From NCBI GenBank assembly GCA_965206645.1, contig CBDBKE010000003.1:64001-128000 (forward strand): a DNA stretch of 64,000 bases, given 5' to 3'. The notes beneath the pieces were generated by a model. The model was not told the DNA's origin and made no database searches. It was given only the letters and a program-made list of their open reading frames with translations. This document shows positions 63,192-64,000 of this stretch, piece by piece (position 1 is the first letter of the stretch; every line of letters starts with the position of its first letter). This DNA comes from Terriglobia bacterium. GTDB taxonomy: Bacteria; Acidobacteriota; Terriglobia; JAJPHL01; JAPKYU01. Both the position numbers and the translations under genes were made by a program.

Positions 63192-63296
63192 AAAAGTATG
63201 TTTCGAACCGCGGCGTACTATACTGTATCCCCATTTTGCTGGCAAGAGGCCGGGGGTTGTTTGCCGAGCAGAGCAACCTCCTAGGAGGAGGAGTTG

Positions 63297-64000
63297 ATGC
63301 AGACGGTTGGATTCATCGGTCTGGGGCGCATGGGCCGCCCGATGGCCAAGAACTTGCTTAAGAAAGGATTCTCCCTGGTGGTGCACAGCCGCAGCCGGCC
63401 ACCCGTAGAGGACCTTGTGGCGGCGGGAGCCAAGGCGGCCGGCAGCCCGGCCGAGGTGGCGCGGCACTGCGAGGTGCTCATCACCATGCTGCCCGACTCC
63501 TCCGACGTCACTCTGGTGCTGTCCGGGCCACAGGGCGTGTTTGAAGGTTTGCGGCCCGGAATGGTGATCGTGGACATGAGCACGATTTCATCCGTGGTCG
63601 CGTGGCAACTGGCCGAGCAGGCGGCAGCACGTGGCGCGAGCATGCTGGACGCGCCGGTCAGCGGCGGCGAGATCGGAGCCATCAATGCGACCCTGGTCAC
63701 TATGGTAGGCGGCGACCCCGCTGTGCTGGAACGAGTGCGCCCCATCTTTGCTGCCATGGGGAATCCAGAGCGGATTGTTCACATTGGCCCATCCGGGGCG
63801 GGGCAATTGTGCAAGACCTGCAACCAACTGGTCATCGGTGGAACCCTGGCGGCCGTAGGCGAGGCGTTTGCCCTGGCGCGCAAAGCTGGAGTGGATGCGG
63901 CAAAAGTGCGGGAGGCCCTGCTGGGCGGATTTGCCTCCAGCCGGGTGCTGGAAGTTCACGGCGAGCGTATTCTTCAGCGCAACTATGTCCCCGGCTTTGA
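63297..64000 (+). CDS. garR: 2-hydroxy-3-oxopropionate reductase / beta-hydroxyacid dehydrogenase (3' partial)
   Basis: AGGAGG RBS. MQTVGFIGLGRMG, DAPVSGG, CKTCNQ. Absent from the ORF track because it runs off the window. Confidence 0.85.
   Translation, partial: MQTVGFIGLGRMGRPMAKNLLKKGFSLVVHSRSRPPVEDLVAAGAKAAGSPAEVARHCEVLITMLPDSSDVTLVLSGPQGVFEGLRPGMVIVDMSTISSVVAWQLAEQAAARGASMLDAPVSGGEIGAINATLVTMVGGDPAVLERVRPIFAAMGNPERIVHIGPSGAGQLCKTCNQLVIGGTLAAVGEAFALARKAGVDAAKVREALLGGFASSRVLEVHGERILQRNYVPGF

Noticed and set aside
63602-64000. 132-aa ORF listed at the window end
   Set aside because: Wrong frame. The real gene starts at 63297 (garR-like) and runs off the window.

Overview
This is a GC-rich bacterial window, most likely from an Acidobacteriota genome. 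That call is inferred from the VWFA-Acidobacterial protein, the FecR-like secreted protein, the ispH/ADH/hpnCDE cluster and the PorT-like barrel. Positions 1-26.4 kb are an accessory island full of mobile DNA. It holds an RloC-like ATPase-HEPN gene, IS3, IS5, IS21, IS6 and rve elements, three copies of a 131-bp MITE with IS6 ends, a group II intron scrap, a RAPP/CxxC leader plus His-rich TonB receptor, and a 1883-aa repeat autotransporter. The most unusual feature is an unannotated tandem array at 4441-5014. It has three ~175-nt covarying hairpin units, and each carries on the opposite strand a perfect Shine-Dalgarno plus a 12-14 aa ORF ending in IETR. Positions 26.4-64 kb are mostly core genome: a cobalamin riboswitch-btuB operon, an IS3-disrupted TPR/TonB chimera, lysR, ispH, hopanoid precursor genes, fur, FBP aldolase/phosphatase, ppiD and tsaC. 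The window ends with an iolD/aldolase/ALDH/SDR/garR catabolic cluster next to a microcompartment shell gene and an acylating aldehyde dehydrogenase. All family calls come from motif recognition by eye; no database searches were run.
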